A stretch of DNA of 33,516 nt from an uncultured Planctomycetia bacterium (GCA_964589565.1 CAZPSS010000001.1:1-33516); one strand, 5' to 3'; numbered from the stretch's first letter, positions 14,841 through 22,658 are shown. Program-made: numbers and translations. The notes: generated by a model from the sequence alone, not told the origin.

Positions 14841-16435
14841 TCAATGTTACTCACCAGATTAGCTTTCTTTTTTAGATTAGCCAGCCAGATTTTGTAGAAA
14901 GTTTCTTTCTTTCTCGCCAAAAGGTTTTTAGCAAATTCCTCTTTTTCCTGGGCGAACTTTTCTGCCTCGATTGGAATGAGCTCTTTCAGGCTCAAAATGC
15001 AGTATCCGTTGGGCGCGCTGATTAAGCCGCTCACCTCGCCGGGTTTAAGGGCAAAGGCCGTTTGGGAGAACTCGGCACATTGGCCAATTCCGGCGATGTA
15101 GCTGGATCTTGAGAATTCTTCGGTTTCTTTGACGGTTAATGACAGCTCTTGCGCTGCTTTTGAAAAATTTAAATTTTTCTCCTGCATTAACTTTTTGATT
15201 TGAGAAAGGAGCGCTCCGGTTTTATTCTTAGCTAATTGCCGGGATTCTTGTTCAACCAGGGCTTTTTCGGCTTCTTCTTTGAGCTCTTCTAAAGCAGGGA
15301 TAAAAGAGTCTTTCTTTTCTTTTACTTTTATAATGAAATAGCCCTTGGGAGTTTCTATCGCATTGCTAATTTCGCCGATTTTTAAGGTAAAGGCAGTGTT
15401 TAGAAATTCATAAGATAAGCCAATTTCGGCAATGGCCTGTTGCGGGCCAAAGAAGCCGGTTTCTTTAACTTCCAGGCCGCTTTTCTTTGCCGCCTCCTCA
15501 AAAGCTCCGGCGCCTTCTCCAATCCCGTCAATTATCTGCCAGGCCTTGTCTTCCCAGAGCATCCTGATTTTATCCCGAGTCAATTTTTCTTTTATTTGCG
15601 CCTTTACTTCTTCCAAAGGTTTCTTGTCAACTTTTCCTTTTTTATCTGTTACGGAAAACTGCTCAATGTGTTCCTGGTAGTAATTGAGCATTTCTTCTTC
15701 GGTTACACCTATTTCAGCAGGGGCCTGCTCAAAATATAATGCAATATACTGCGCATTTACCTGCTCGGGTTTCTTGAACTTGGCCTTGTGCTTTTGGTAA
15801 TAAGCCCGCAATTCCTCATATGAAGGATGCACTTGCTCCGTAAATTCCTGCGGCTCGATAAAAATATAAAAAGCCTTTGCCTTTTCATTTTTGTTTTTAT
15901 ATACGTTTTCTATTTCTTCAGAAGTCAAACTGACTTTTTCGGTAACTCCGGCTCTAAGTGTACCGAGCTTAAGCGCCTCTCTTATCTGCTCTTCAAAATC
16001 GCGGGGGTCTGTGCGGAATACATAGTCTAATAGTATATTATATTTTTCCCGGTCGAAACGGCCTTCTTTTTGGAATAAAGGCAGTCTCTCCAGGAAGCTG
16101 ATTACTTCTTTATTGGAAACCTTTATCTTTTCAATTCCGGCCTGCCGGAGTAAAATAAGCCGCTCCCAGGCCTCTTTGCCCAGTTCAAGCTCTTGCGCTA
16201 TCTTTTTAAAGTCTTCCCCGTAAATGAGCAGAGCCTGGTTTCGGCAAGCCCGAAGAGACTTCTCATATTGGCTGAAGGAAACTTTCTTTCCAGAAATCTT
16301 ACCCGCATATTTAGGCAGGTTCTTTGATCTTATGGAGCTTCCGCTTCCCCACAATACAAAGGCGGGAACAATTAATATAGCCAGGCCCCACATAATTTTT
16401 TTGATATTTCCTCTTTTGCGCAGGAACCGCAGCAT
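14837..16435 (-). CDS. ppiD: Periplasmic chaperone / peptidyl-prolyl isomerase, PpiD/SurA-like
   Basis: N-terminal membrane anchor (WGLAILIVPAFVLWG), a long SurA-like helical region, and parvulin-like segments (PKGYFIIKV, PNGYCILSL). It is the only minus-strand gene. Its stop overlaps the amrS stop (CTAA). Confidence 0.75.
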   Translation of the reverse strand: MLRFLRKRGNIKKIMWGLAILIVPAFVLWGSGSSIRSKNLPKYAGKISGKKVSFSQYEKSLRACRNQALLIYGEDFKKIAQELELGKEAWERLILLRQAGIEKIKVSNKEVISFLERLPLFQKEGRFDREKYNILLDYVFRTDPRDFEEQIREALKLGTLRAGVTEKVSLTSEEIENVYKNKNEKAKAFYIFIEPQEFTEQVHPSYEELRAYYQKHKAKFKKPEQVNAQYIALYFEQAPAEIGVTEEEMLNYYQEHIEQFSVTDKKGKVDKKPLEEVKAQIKEKLTRDKIRMLWEDKAWQIIDGIGEGAGAFEEAAKKSGLEVKETGFFGPQQAIAEIGLSYEFLNTAFTLKIGEISNAIETPKGYFIIKVKEKKDSFIPALEELKEEAEKALVEQESRQLAKNKTGALLSQIKKLMQEKNLNFSKAAQELSLTVKETEEFSRSSYIAGIGQCAEFSQTAFALKPGEVSGLISAPNGYCILSLKELIPIEAEKFAQEKEEFAKNLLARKKETFYKIWLANLKKKANLVSNID

Positions 16436-16508
16436 TTTCCCTTACCTTTCTTTGGCCTATTATATCCCAATCAAGTTAAGTTGACAAGCCCAATTTTTTC
16501 TTTTGTTC

Positions 16509-16537
16509 TTTACAAAATTACCATGGTATGTTAAAAT
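16509..16537 (+). promoter_or_regulatory. Sigma70-like promoter candidate P1 for hisG (TTTACA-N17-TAAAAT with an extended -10 TG)
   Basis: TTTACA at 16509-16514, a 17-nt spacer ending in TGT, and TAAAAT at 16532-16537. Confidence 0.45.
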
Positions 16538-16546
16538 CTATTTACC

Positions 16547-16575
16547 TTGACATTTTGCCGAACGCAGGATAGAAT
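16547..16575 (+). promoter_or_regulatory. Sigma70-like promoter candidate P2 for hisG (TTGACA-N17-TAGAAT)
   Basis: Consensus -35 TTGACA at 16547-16552, an exact 17-nt spacer, and TAGAAT at 16570-16575, about 45 nt upstream of the hisG ATG. Confidence 0.55.
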
Positions 16576-16617
16576 ACTAAAGCCAAAACCGGCAGAAAAA
16601 GTAAAAGAGCGTCAAAA

Positions 16618-17502
16618 ATGCAATCGGAGAAAATACTTAAATTAGGCTTGCCTAAAGGAAGCCTTCAGGAAGCGACTTTAAGAATGTTCCAAAAGGCAGG
16701 CTTTAAGATTAACCTTGCGCAGAGGTCTTATTTCCCGGATATAGACGACCCGGAAATTGCGCCGATTCTATTACGCGCCCAGGAGATGTCCCGGTATGTA
16801 GAAGCCGGCGCCCTTGATTGCGGCATTACCGGGGAAGACTGGATTAAGGAATTCGGCTCGGAGGTGGTCAGGGTAGCCGAACTTGTTTATGCCAAAAAAA
16901 AGCTCGTTCCGGTAAAGTGGGTCTTAGCAGTTCCAAGCGGCTCTAAGATTAAAAAGGCTCAAGACCTGAAAGGTAAACGTGTTGCTACAGAACTGGTAAA
17001 TGTAACGCGCGCGTATCTTAAGAAAAAGAAAGCCAATGCCCTTGTAGAATTTAGCTGGGGCGCCACAGAAGCGAAACTGGCCGCCGGCCTTGTTGATGCT
17101 ATAGTGGAGCTTACAGAGACCGGCGCGACTATTTCGGCTCATAACTTGCGTATTGTAGATACAGTGTGCACATCCGTAACGCAGTTAATTGCCAATAAGA
17201 AAAGCTGGCAGGACCCCCGGAAAAGAAGAAAGATTGAAGACTTAAGTCTTTTACTCATCGGCGCCGTAGAAGCGGAAGAGAAAGTAGGCTTAAAGATGAA
17301 TGTGCGCGAGAAAGACCTCAAAAGTATCTTAAAGGCTTTGCCGGCAATGAAGAAGCCTACTGTTTCCGGCTTAAGTCAGGCAGGATGGTTTGCCTTAGAG
17401 ACAATAATTGATGAGAAAGTAGTGAGAAGCCTGATTCCTAAGTTAAAGAAAGCAGGAGCAGAAGGAATTATTGAGTATCCTCTGAATAAAGTGATATATT
17501 AA
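16618..17502 (+). CDS. hisG: ATP phosphoribosyltransferase, long form
   Basis: LGLPKGSL, DCGITGEDW and DAIVELTETGATISAHNL. The 294 aa length includes the C-terminal regulatory domain. Confidence 0.9.
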   Translation: MQSEKILKLGLPKGSLQEATLRMFQKAGFKINLAQRSYFPDIDDPEIAPILLRAQEMSRYVEAGALDCGITGEDWIKEFGSEVVRVAELVYAKKKLVPVKWVLAVPSGSKIKKAQDLKGKRVATELVNVTRAYLKKKKANALVEFSWGATEAKLAAGLVDAIVELTETGATISAHNLRIVDTVCTSVTQLIANKKSWQDPRKRRKIEDLSLLLIGAVEAEEKVGLKMNVREKDLKSILKALPAMKKPTVSGLSQAGWFALETIIDEKVVRSLIPKLKKAGAEGIIEYPLNKVIY

Positions 17503-17578
17503 GTTTCAAAAGTTAAAAAAGTTAAAAAAGTTCAAAAAGTTTAACTTTTAAAACTTTTTAACTTGCCAACTTTTAAAC
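17503..17578. repeat. AT-rich stutter palindrome (AAAGTT / AACTTT words), family 'AACTTTTTAACTTGC'
   Basis: The left arm AAAGTTAAAAAAGTTAAAAAAGTTCAAAAAGTTTAA faces the right arm CTTTTAAAACTTTTTAACTTGCCAACTTTTAAAC. Positions 17552-17578 nearly equal 32418-32444. Confidence 0.8.
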
Positions 17579-17604
17579 TATCGAGTCTACAAGGAGGTAG
17601 AAGA

Positions 17605-17700
17605 ATGCCTTGCGGAAAAAAGCGAAAAAGAAAGAAGATGGCCAAACATAAAAGAAAGAAAAGGATGAGAAGAGACAGGCATAAGAAGAAAAAGGCATAG
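17605..17700 (+). CDS. 31-aa Lys/Arg-rich peptide, candidate ribosomal protein bS22 / mS38(AURKAIP1)-like
   Basis: ATG at 17605 sits 7 nt after a strong AAGGAGG (17591-17597). It encodes MPCGKKRKRKKMAKHKRKKRMRRDRHKKKKA and ends with TAG at 17698-17700. It is below the ORF-track size cutoff. The antisense track ORF 17573..17776 is rejected. Confidence 0.55.
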   Translation: MPCGKKRKRKKMAKHKRKKRMRRDRHKKKKA

Positions 17701-17715
17701 ACTCATCCATTCCAC

Positions 17716-19272
17716 ATGCGCAATTTAGCAAGTTTAGCGATAGCCTTGGTTGTGTTTTTTTTCTTTGGCGGGACAAAGGATAACATAAGCGCCCTTTCTC
17801 AGAGAACCAGCCCCCCTTTTTCCAAAAAATCAGCTAAGACCCAATCCCTTGCCTTTGCCCATTATATCCGGGGTGTCTTATATGATAATGAGAATAATAC
17901 TGAGCAGGCTATCGAGGAGTATCTTGCGGCCCGGGCCTTAGATGAGACCACGGCGGCAATTCATAGAAGACTGGCCATAAATTATATAAAGACCAGCCAA
18001 TACGAAAAGGCAGAAGAGGAACTGCTCGTTGTTAAAAAGCTTGATCCGCAGGATGAAAAGACACGCTGGCTGCTGGCCCAATTTTACACTGCGCAAAAGA
18101 AATTTGCAGAAGCCGCAGCTGTTTATGAAGAACTGCGTAAAGACAATCCTGCTGATTTAGAGGTCTTAGCCTCTTTGGCCGACCTTTATGTTATTCAAGA
18201 GAAGCCGGAAGAAGCAATTTCAGTATATCAAAAGCTCCTTGAGGAGAAGCCGGATGCAGCGCAGGTTCATTTTAACTTAGCCATTATCTATACAAGAATC
18301 AATAAGATCAAAGAAGCCGAAGTTAGCTTTGAAGAGGCTCTGCGAATTAACCCCGATTATCTGCAAGCAGAACTTGCCCTGGCTTTGCTTAGTGAAATTG
18401 AGGAAAACCTTCCGCAGGCGATTAAACATTACCAAAAGGCTCTTAAAATAGACCCGCTTAATATAAATGTTTATCATCGTCTAGCTCAGACATATTATCA
18501 TAATAAAAGAATTGAAGATGCCATCAGTCAATATGAATTTATTCTAAAGTTAACTCCTTTCGATGTAGACGCCTATCTGGGGCTGGCTTATATCTATTTG
18601 GACGAAAAAAGAATCGATGAGTGCATTAAAATTATTCAGGAGGCCAGGCAGTATAAAGCGAATTGGAGAACAGTGCCGCAAAGCGAATTATTAACTGCTG
18701 AGGAGGCAAGGCAGCTGCAGGCTCTAAAAGAGGCGCAACTTTATCTTGTTTTAGGTTTAGCCTATACGCAGAATAAGCAAGAGCAAAAGGCGATTGAGGC
18801 ATACAAAAAGTCCATCCAGGCTCAGCCCGAAAGCGGGCTGGGATACTTTTACCTGGGAGCTGTATATGAACGCGCGGACAGACGCCCGGAGGCATATGAG
18901 GCCCTAAAGAAATGTATAGAATTAGATGAAGAAAATGCCGATGCCTTAAATTATTTAGGGTATATGTATGCCGAGGACGGGGTAAATCTGGGCGAAGCGC
19001 AGGAGCTAATTAAGAAAGCCTTGAGTATAGACCCTGATAACGGGGCCTATATTGACAGCCTGGGCTGGGTCTATTTTAAAAAAGGAATGATTGATGAGGC
19101 CTTGAGGCAAATAGAAAAAGCCTGCGGCCTCCTGGAAGATGCAGAAATCTTTGAACATCTGGGAGATATCTATCAAGCAAAAGGAGACCCGGAAAAAGCA
19201 AAAGAGGCCTGGAAAAAGGCCATTGAGCTTGAGCCGGAAAACGAGGAACTAAAGGAAAAATTGAGAAAATGA
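17716..19272 (+). CDS. Tetratricopeptide-repeat protein with an N-terminal signal/anchor
   Basis: Hydrophobic N-terminus (LASLAIALVVFFFFGG), then many 34-aa TPR-like units (..A..Y..AL..DP....A...LA..Y..). Its stop overlaps the transketolase ATG (ATGA). Confidence 0.8.
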   Translation: MRNLASLAIALVVFFFFGGTKDNISALSQRTSPPFSKKSAKTQSLAFAHYIRGVLYDNENNTEQAIEEYLAARALDETTAAIHRRLAINYIKTSQYEKAEEELLVVKKLDPQDEKTRWLLAQFYTAQKKFAEAAAVYEELRKDNPADLEVLASLADLYVIQEKPEEAISVYQKLLEEKPDAAQVHFNLAIIYTRINKIKEAEVSFEEALRINPDYLQAELALALLSEIEENLPQAIKHYQKALKIDPLNINVYHRLAQTYYHNKRIEDAISQYEFILKLTPFDVDAYLGLAYIYLDEKRIDECIKIIQEARQYKANWRTVPQSELLTAEEARQLQALKEAQLYLVLGLAYTQNKQEQKAIEAYKKSIQAQPESGLGYFYLGAVYERADRRPEAYEALKKCIELDEENADALNYLGYMYAEDGVNLGEAQELIKKALSIDPDNGAYIDSLGWVYFKKGMIDEALRQIEKACGLLEDAEIFEHLGDIYQAKGDPEKAKEAWKKAIELEPENEELKEKLRK

Positions 19273-20090
19273 TTCATTCTCCGGAAGAAATAAAACAATT
19301 AGAAGAAAAGGCAAAGCGAATTAGAAGACAGATTGTTAAAATGCTCTGCTTGGCCGGTTCCGGCCACCCCGGGGGGTCGCTTTCTTCAACAGATATAATT
19401 ACCTGCCTTTATTTTTCCGTTATGGGCCTTAAGCCTGAAAATCCCAAGTGGCCCCAGAGAGATAGATTTCATATGTCTAAAGGGCACTGCTGCCCCCTGT
19501 GGTATGCAGTATTAGCAGAATCAGGTTATTTCCCGGAGGAAAAACTTTGGACTTTGCGCAATTTAGGCAGTATCCTCCAGGGGCATCCGGACTGGCGGAC
19601 TCCCGGGGTGGATGTAGCCAGCGGCTCTTTAGGCCAGGGGCTTTCCGTTGCTATAGGAATGTCTTTAGCTGCCAGGCTGGATAATACCTCTTGTAGAGTA
19701 TATTGCCTTTTAGGCGACGGAGAGATTCAAGAGGGCCAGATCTGGGAAGCAGCAATGGCTGCCAGTCATTACGCTTGCGACAATCTCTGCGCTATCTTAG
19801 ATAACAATGGTTACCAGATTGACGGCAAGGTTAAAGATGTGATGAATGTTGAGCCTTTAATGGATAAATGGCGTTCCTTTGGCTGGCACACGATTAATAT
19901 TGACGGACATAAAATGGCTGAGATTCTTGGGGCTTTTGACGAGGCTAAAACTACCAAAGAAAAACCCACGATAATTATCGCTAAAACTATCAAGGGCAAA
20001 GGCGTATCTTTTATGGAGAATGTAGTTGACTTTCACGGAAGAGCGCCCACGCAAGAGGAAGCGAAAAGAGCGTTAGAGGAATTGTCTTAA
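19269..20090 (+). CDS. Transketolase, N-terminal (TPP-binding) subunit
   Basis: GHPGGSLS, HMSKGH and LLGDGEIQEGQIWEA (the TPP GDG motif). This is the split-gene form. Confidence 0.9.
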   Translation: MIHSPEEIKQLEEKAKRIRRQIVKMLCLAGSGHPGGSLSSTDIITCLYFSVMGLKPENPKWPQRDRFHMSKGHCCPLWYAVLAESGYFPEEKLWTLRNLGSILQGHPDWRTPGVDVASGSLGQGLSVAIGMSLAARLDNTSCRVYCLLGDGEIQEGQIWEAAMAASHYACDNLCAILDNNGYQIDGKVKDVMNVEPLMDKWRSFGWHTINIDGHKMAEILGAFDEAKTTKEKPTIIIAKTIKGKGVSFMENVVDFHGRAPTQEEAKRALEELS

Positions 20091-20092
20091 CG

Positions 20093-21025
20093 ATGAGCCA
20101 GATGCTTTATGCAAGAGATGCCTATGGCCAGGCGCTAATAGAGTTGGGCGAAAAGAATAAAGATATTGTCGTTTTAGATGCGGACTTAGCCAGCTCGACC
20201 AGGACCGCCGGATTTGGCAAAAAGTTCCCCCGTCGATTTTTTGATTTTGGCGTAGCTGAGCAAAATATGATGGGGGCGGCAGCGGGGTTGGCCAGTTGCG
20301 GGAAAATTCCCTTTGTCAGCACCTTTGCTATCTTTGGCTCAGGCCGGGCCTGGGACCAGGTGAGAAATACTATTTGCTACAACAAACTTAATGTAAAGAT
20401 TGTGGTAACTCACGCCGGCATTACCGTCGGCCCTGATGGCGCAAGCCATCAAGCCATTGAAGACATTGCTTTGATGCGGGCTATTTCTAATATGGCCATC
20501 CTTGTTCCTTGCGATGCTCCGGAGACTAAGGAGGCAATTTTTGCCTGCGTGCAGTATCAAGGGCCGGTTTATGTGCGTTTAGGAAGGCCTAAGGTTGTGA
20601 CTTTGGCCAAGAAAGATAAATTTGAAATTGGCCGGGCGCGGATTTTGCGAGAAGGCAGGGATGTCGGTATCATTGCCTGCGGGATGATGGTGCGACAGGC
20701 TCTGGATGCAGCGGACATTCTGCAAAGAGAAGGTAAAAGCGCGCGTGTAATAAATATGCATACAATCAGGCCTCTGGATAAACAGGCTATTATTGAATGC
20801 GCAAAACTTACAAAGAGAATTGTGACCTGCGAGGAACATCTGGTCAGTGGCGGTTTAGGAAGCGCCGTGGCCGAAGTCCTGGGGGAAAATATACCTACAC
20901 CTATGGCAATGATTGGCATCAGGGGCAGGTTCGGCCAGTCCGGCAGCTGCGAAGAATTAATCAAGGAATACCATTTAACCTGCGACGACATTGTCCTTGC
21001 TTGTAGGAAACTTTTAAATTGCTAA
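20093..21025 (+). CDS. Transketolase, C-terminal (pyrimidine-binding) subunit
   Basis: FDFGVAEQNMMG and GPDGASHQAIEDIALMRA. It starts 2 nt after the N-subunit stop. Confidence 0.9.
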   Translation: MSQMLYARDAYGQALIELGEKNKDIVVLDADLASSTRTAGFGKKFPRRFFDFGVAEQNMMGAAAGLASCGKIPFVSTFAIFGSGRAWDQVRNTICYNKLNVKIVVTHAGITVGPDGASHQAIEDIALMRAISNMAILVPCDAPETKEAIFACVQYQGPVYVRLGRPKVVTLAKKDKFEIGRARILREGRDVGIIACGMMVRQALDAADILQREGKSARVINMHTIRPLDKQAIIECAKLTKRIVTCEEHLVSGGLGSAVAEVLGENIPTPMAMIGIRGRFGQSGSCEELIKEYHLTCDDIVLACRKLLNC

Positions 21026-21090
21026 ATTGCTATACTGTTAAACTGTTAAATAAAAAACAATTTAACAATGTAACAATTTAACAATGTAAT
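21014..21090. repeat. AT-rich stutter palindrome, family 'AACAATTTAACAAT'
   Basis: The left arm TTAAATTGCTAAATTGCTATACTGTTAAACTGTTAAAT faces the right arm ACAATTTAACAATGTAACAATTTAACAATG. Positions 21052-21086 equal the reverse complement of 23936-23970 exactly (35 nt). Confidence 0.85.
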
Positions 21091-21106
21091 ATTTTCAGAA
21101 GTTTTT

Positions 21107-22078
21107 ATGCAGACACTTACGCTTAAGGCTCCGGCTAAAATAAATCTTTATTTGAATGTTTTAGGCAAAAGACCCGATGGTTATCACAATATCGAGACTA
21201 TTTTTGAGAAGCTCGACCTTTGCGATAAAGTTACTTTAAAGAAGCGAAAACGAGGTATCAAGGTCCTCTGTCCTCACAAGGATGTGCCGGAAGATAAAAG
21301 GAATCTTACCGTTAGGGCCGCCCAGGCAGTGCTTGCCGAGACAAATCGTGACGATGGTGTCGAGATTTCAATAGCCAAAAGGATTCCTGTAGCGGCGGGT
21401 TTGGGGGGAGGAAGCTCAGACGCCGCATCTGTGCTTTTAGGTTTAAACAAACTCTTATCTTTAAGCCTTACCCGGAACCAACTTTTGGGTTTAGCGCAAA
21501 AGTTGGGAGCCGATGTCCCTTTCTTTATCTTACCCAATTTTCGGGCGATTGGCCGGGGCAAGGGGGAACTCTTGGCCCCCCTAAGACTAAAGAGGAGGAA
21601 TTGGTATGTTCTGGTACTTCCTAAAGGCTTAATGGTTTCCACCTCCAGGATGTATCGAGCCCTGAAATTAACCTTGACAAAGAGGCCCTCCAGTGTTAAA
21701 ATTACACTTCGCGCCTTAGAAGAAGGCGACTTAACTGCCTTGAATAAATACGGTTATAACAGCTTTGAGCCGCTTCTTATAAAAAAATATAAAGAGATCG
21801 GAAGGATTAAAAAGGCCCTCAAATCTTTAGGAGCTAAAGCAAGACTGATATCTGGAAGCGGGCCTTGTGTTTTTGGTATTTGCGCAAGCAGAAAGGAGGC
21901 GATGGATATAAAAGAGAAGTTGCGAGCGCAAGAAAAGAGTTGGCGGGTAATAGTTGCAAAGACATATTCCAACAGCAAAAAAGGAGGATTAAGGAGAAAT
22001 GGAAATCACAGAGGTAAAAATCTTTTTACGCGACAATCCAGCCAGCAAACTCAGGGCATATGCCACGATTACCCTTGA
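21107..22078 (+). CDS. ispE: 4-diphosphocytidyl-2-C-methyl-D-erythritol kinase, with a ~35-aa C-terminal tail overlapping spoVG
   Basis: APAKINLYLNVLGKRPDGYH and the GHMP motif PVAAGLGGGSSDAA. Homology seems to end near ..WRVIVAKTYS, but the frame stays open to 22078. Confidence 0.85.
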   Translation: MQTLTLKAPAKINLYLNVLGKRPDGYHNIETIFEKLDLCDKVTLKKRKRGIKVLCPHKDVPEDKRNLTVRAAQAVLAETNRDDGVEISIAKRIPVAAGLGGGSSDAASVLLGLNKLLSLSLTRNQLLGLAQKLGADVPFFILPNFRAIGRGKGELLAPLRLKRRNWYVLVLPKGLMVSTSRMYRALKLTLTKRPSSVKITLRALEEGDLTALNKYGYNSFEPLLIKKYKEIGRIKKALKSLGAKARLISGSGPCVFGICASRKEAMDIKEKLRAQEKSWRVIVAKTYSNSKKGGLRRNGNHRGKNLFTRQSSQQTQGICHDYP

Positions 22079-22442
22079 CAATGCCTTTGTGGTTAGAAAT
22101 ATAAAAGTTATCGAGGGCAACAAAGGTCTATTTATCGCGATGCCTTCTCGAAGAATTGAAGAGCCCTGCCCCAAATGCGGCGCCAAAAATTCTTTGAAAA
22201 GCAAATATTGCAATCAATGCGGCAGTGAACTTGCGCAAAAAGAAAGCATCCCGGCGCAGGAAAGCGCAGGGGTGGAGATTGCCGGGGAGAAGCCCGTCCG
22301 GCGTTCCGAACACAGAGATATTGCCCATCCTATCAATATGGAGACAAGGGAATATATCCAGAAAAAGATTTTAGAGGCCTATGACATTGAGAAGACCAAG
22401 GGGCCGGAACTTAGCGGCGCCGGGTCAAGGAACTTTCTTTAA
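21999..22442 (+). CDS. spoVG: SpoVG-family protein with an inserted zinc-ribbon segment
   Basis: MEITEVKIFL...LRAYATITLDNAFVVRNIKVIEGNKGLFIAMPSRR and HRDIAHPINMETREYIQKKILEAY match SpoVG. About 50 aa containing CPKCG...CNQCG lie between them. AAGGAGG/AAGGAG precede the ATG. Confidence 0.85.
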   Translation: MEITEVKIFLRDNPASKLRAYATITLDNAFVVRNIKVIEGNKGLFIAMPSRRIEEPCPKCGAKNSLKSKYCNQCGSELAQKESIPAQESAGVEIAGEKPVRRSEHRDIAHPINMETREYIQKKILEAYDIEKTKGPELSGAGSRNFL

Positions 22443-22448
22443 ATAATT

Positions 22449-22486
22449 ACTGTCAACTGTCAACTGTGAACTGTGAACTGTGAACT
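22449..22486 (+). repeat. Tandem heptamer array (ACTGTCA x2, ACTGTGA x3) directly 5' of tRNA-Gln
   Basis: Five contiguous 7-mers at 22449-22483. Confidence 0.85.
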
Positions 22487-22491
22487 AACAA

Positions 22492-22564
22492 TGCCCGGTG
22501 GTGAAATCGGTATTCACACCGGCCTTTGGAGCCGATGTTCCTGGTTCGAGTCCAGGCCGGGCAA
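22492..22564 (+). tRNA. tRNA-Gln (anticodon TTG)
   Basis: Manual cloverleaf. Acceptor TGCCCGG/CCGGGCA with U1-A72, U8, D stem GTGA/TCAC with GG in the loop, and anticodon stem CGGC/GCCG (one C-A mismatch at its base). The loop is C-T-TTG-G-A, the T arm is CCTGG-TTCGAGT-CCAGG, and no CCA is encoded. Confidence 0.8.
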
Positions 22565-22590
22565 CTTATAAATTCCAAATTTAGAATTTT

Positions 22591-22658
22591 AAACTGTTAC
22601 ATTGCTACATTGTTACATTGTTTTCAATTTGGCAGTTTAACAGTTTAACAGTTTAACA
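22591..22658. repeat. AT-rich stutter repeats 3' of tRNA-Gln (TTACATTG words, then CAGTTTAA x3) running up to the glmU ATG
   Basis: GTTACATTGCTACATTGTTACATTGTTTT (22596-22624) and three tandem 8-mers CAGTTTAA (22633-22656). These are related to the AACAAT family and roughly inverted relative to the 22449-22486 array. Confidence 0.75.

Noticed and set aside
22449-22656. CRISPR array, considered because of tandem short repeats near the tRNA and elsewhere.
   Set aside because: The units are 7-8 nt and contiguous with no spacers, there are no 24-40-nt direct repeats at regular spacing, and there are no cas genes. This is not a CRISPR array.
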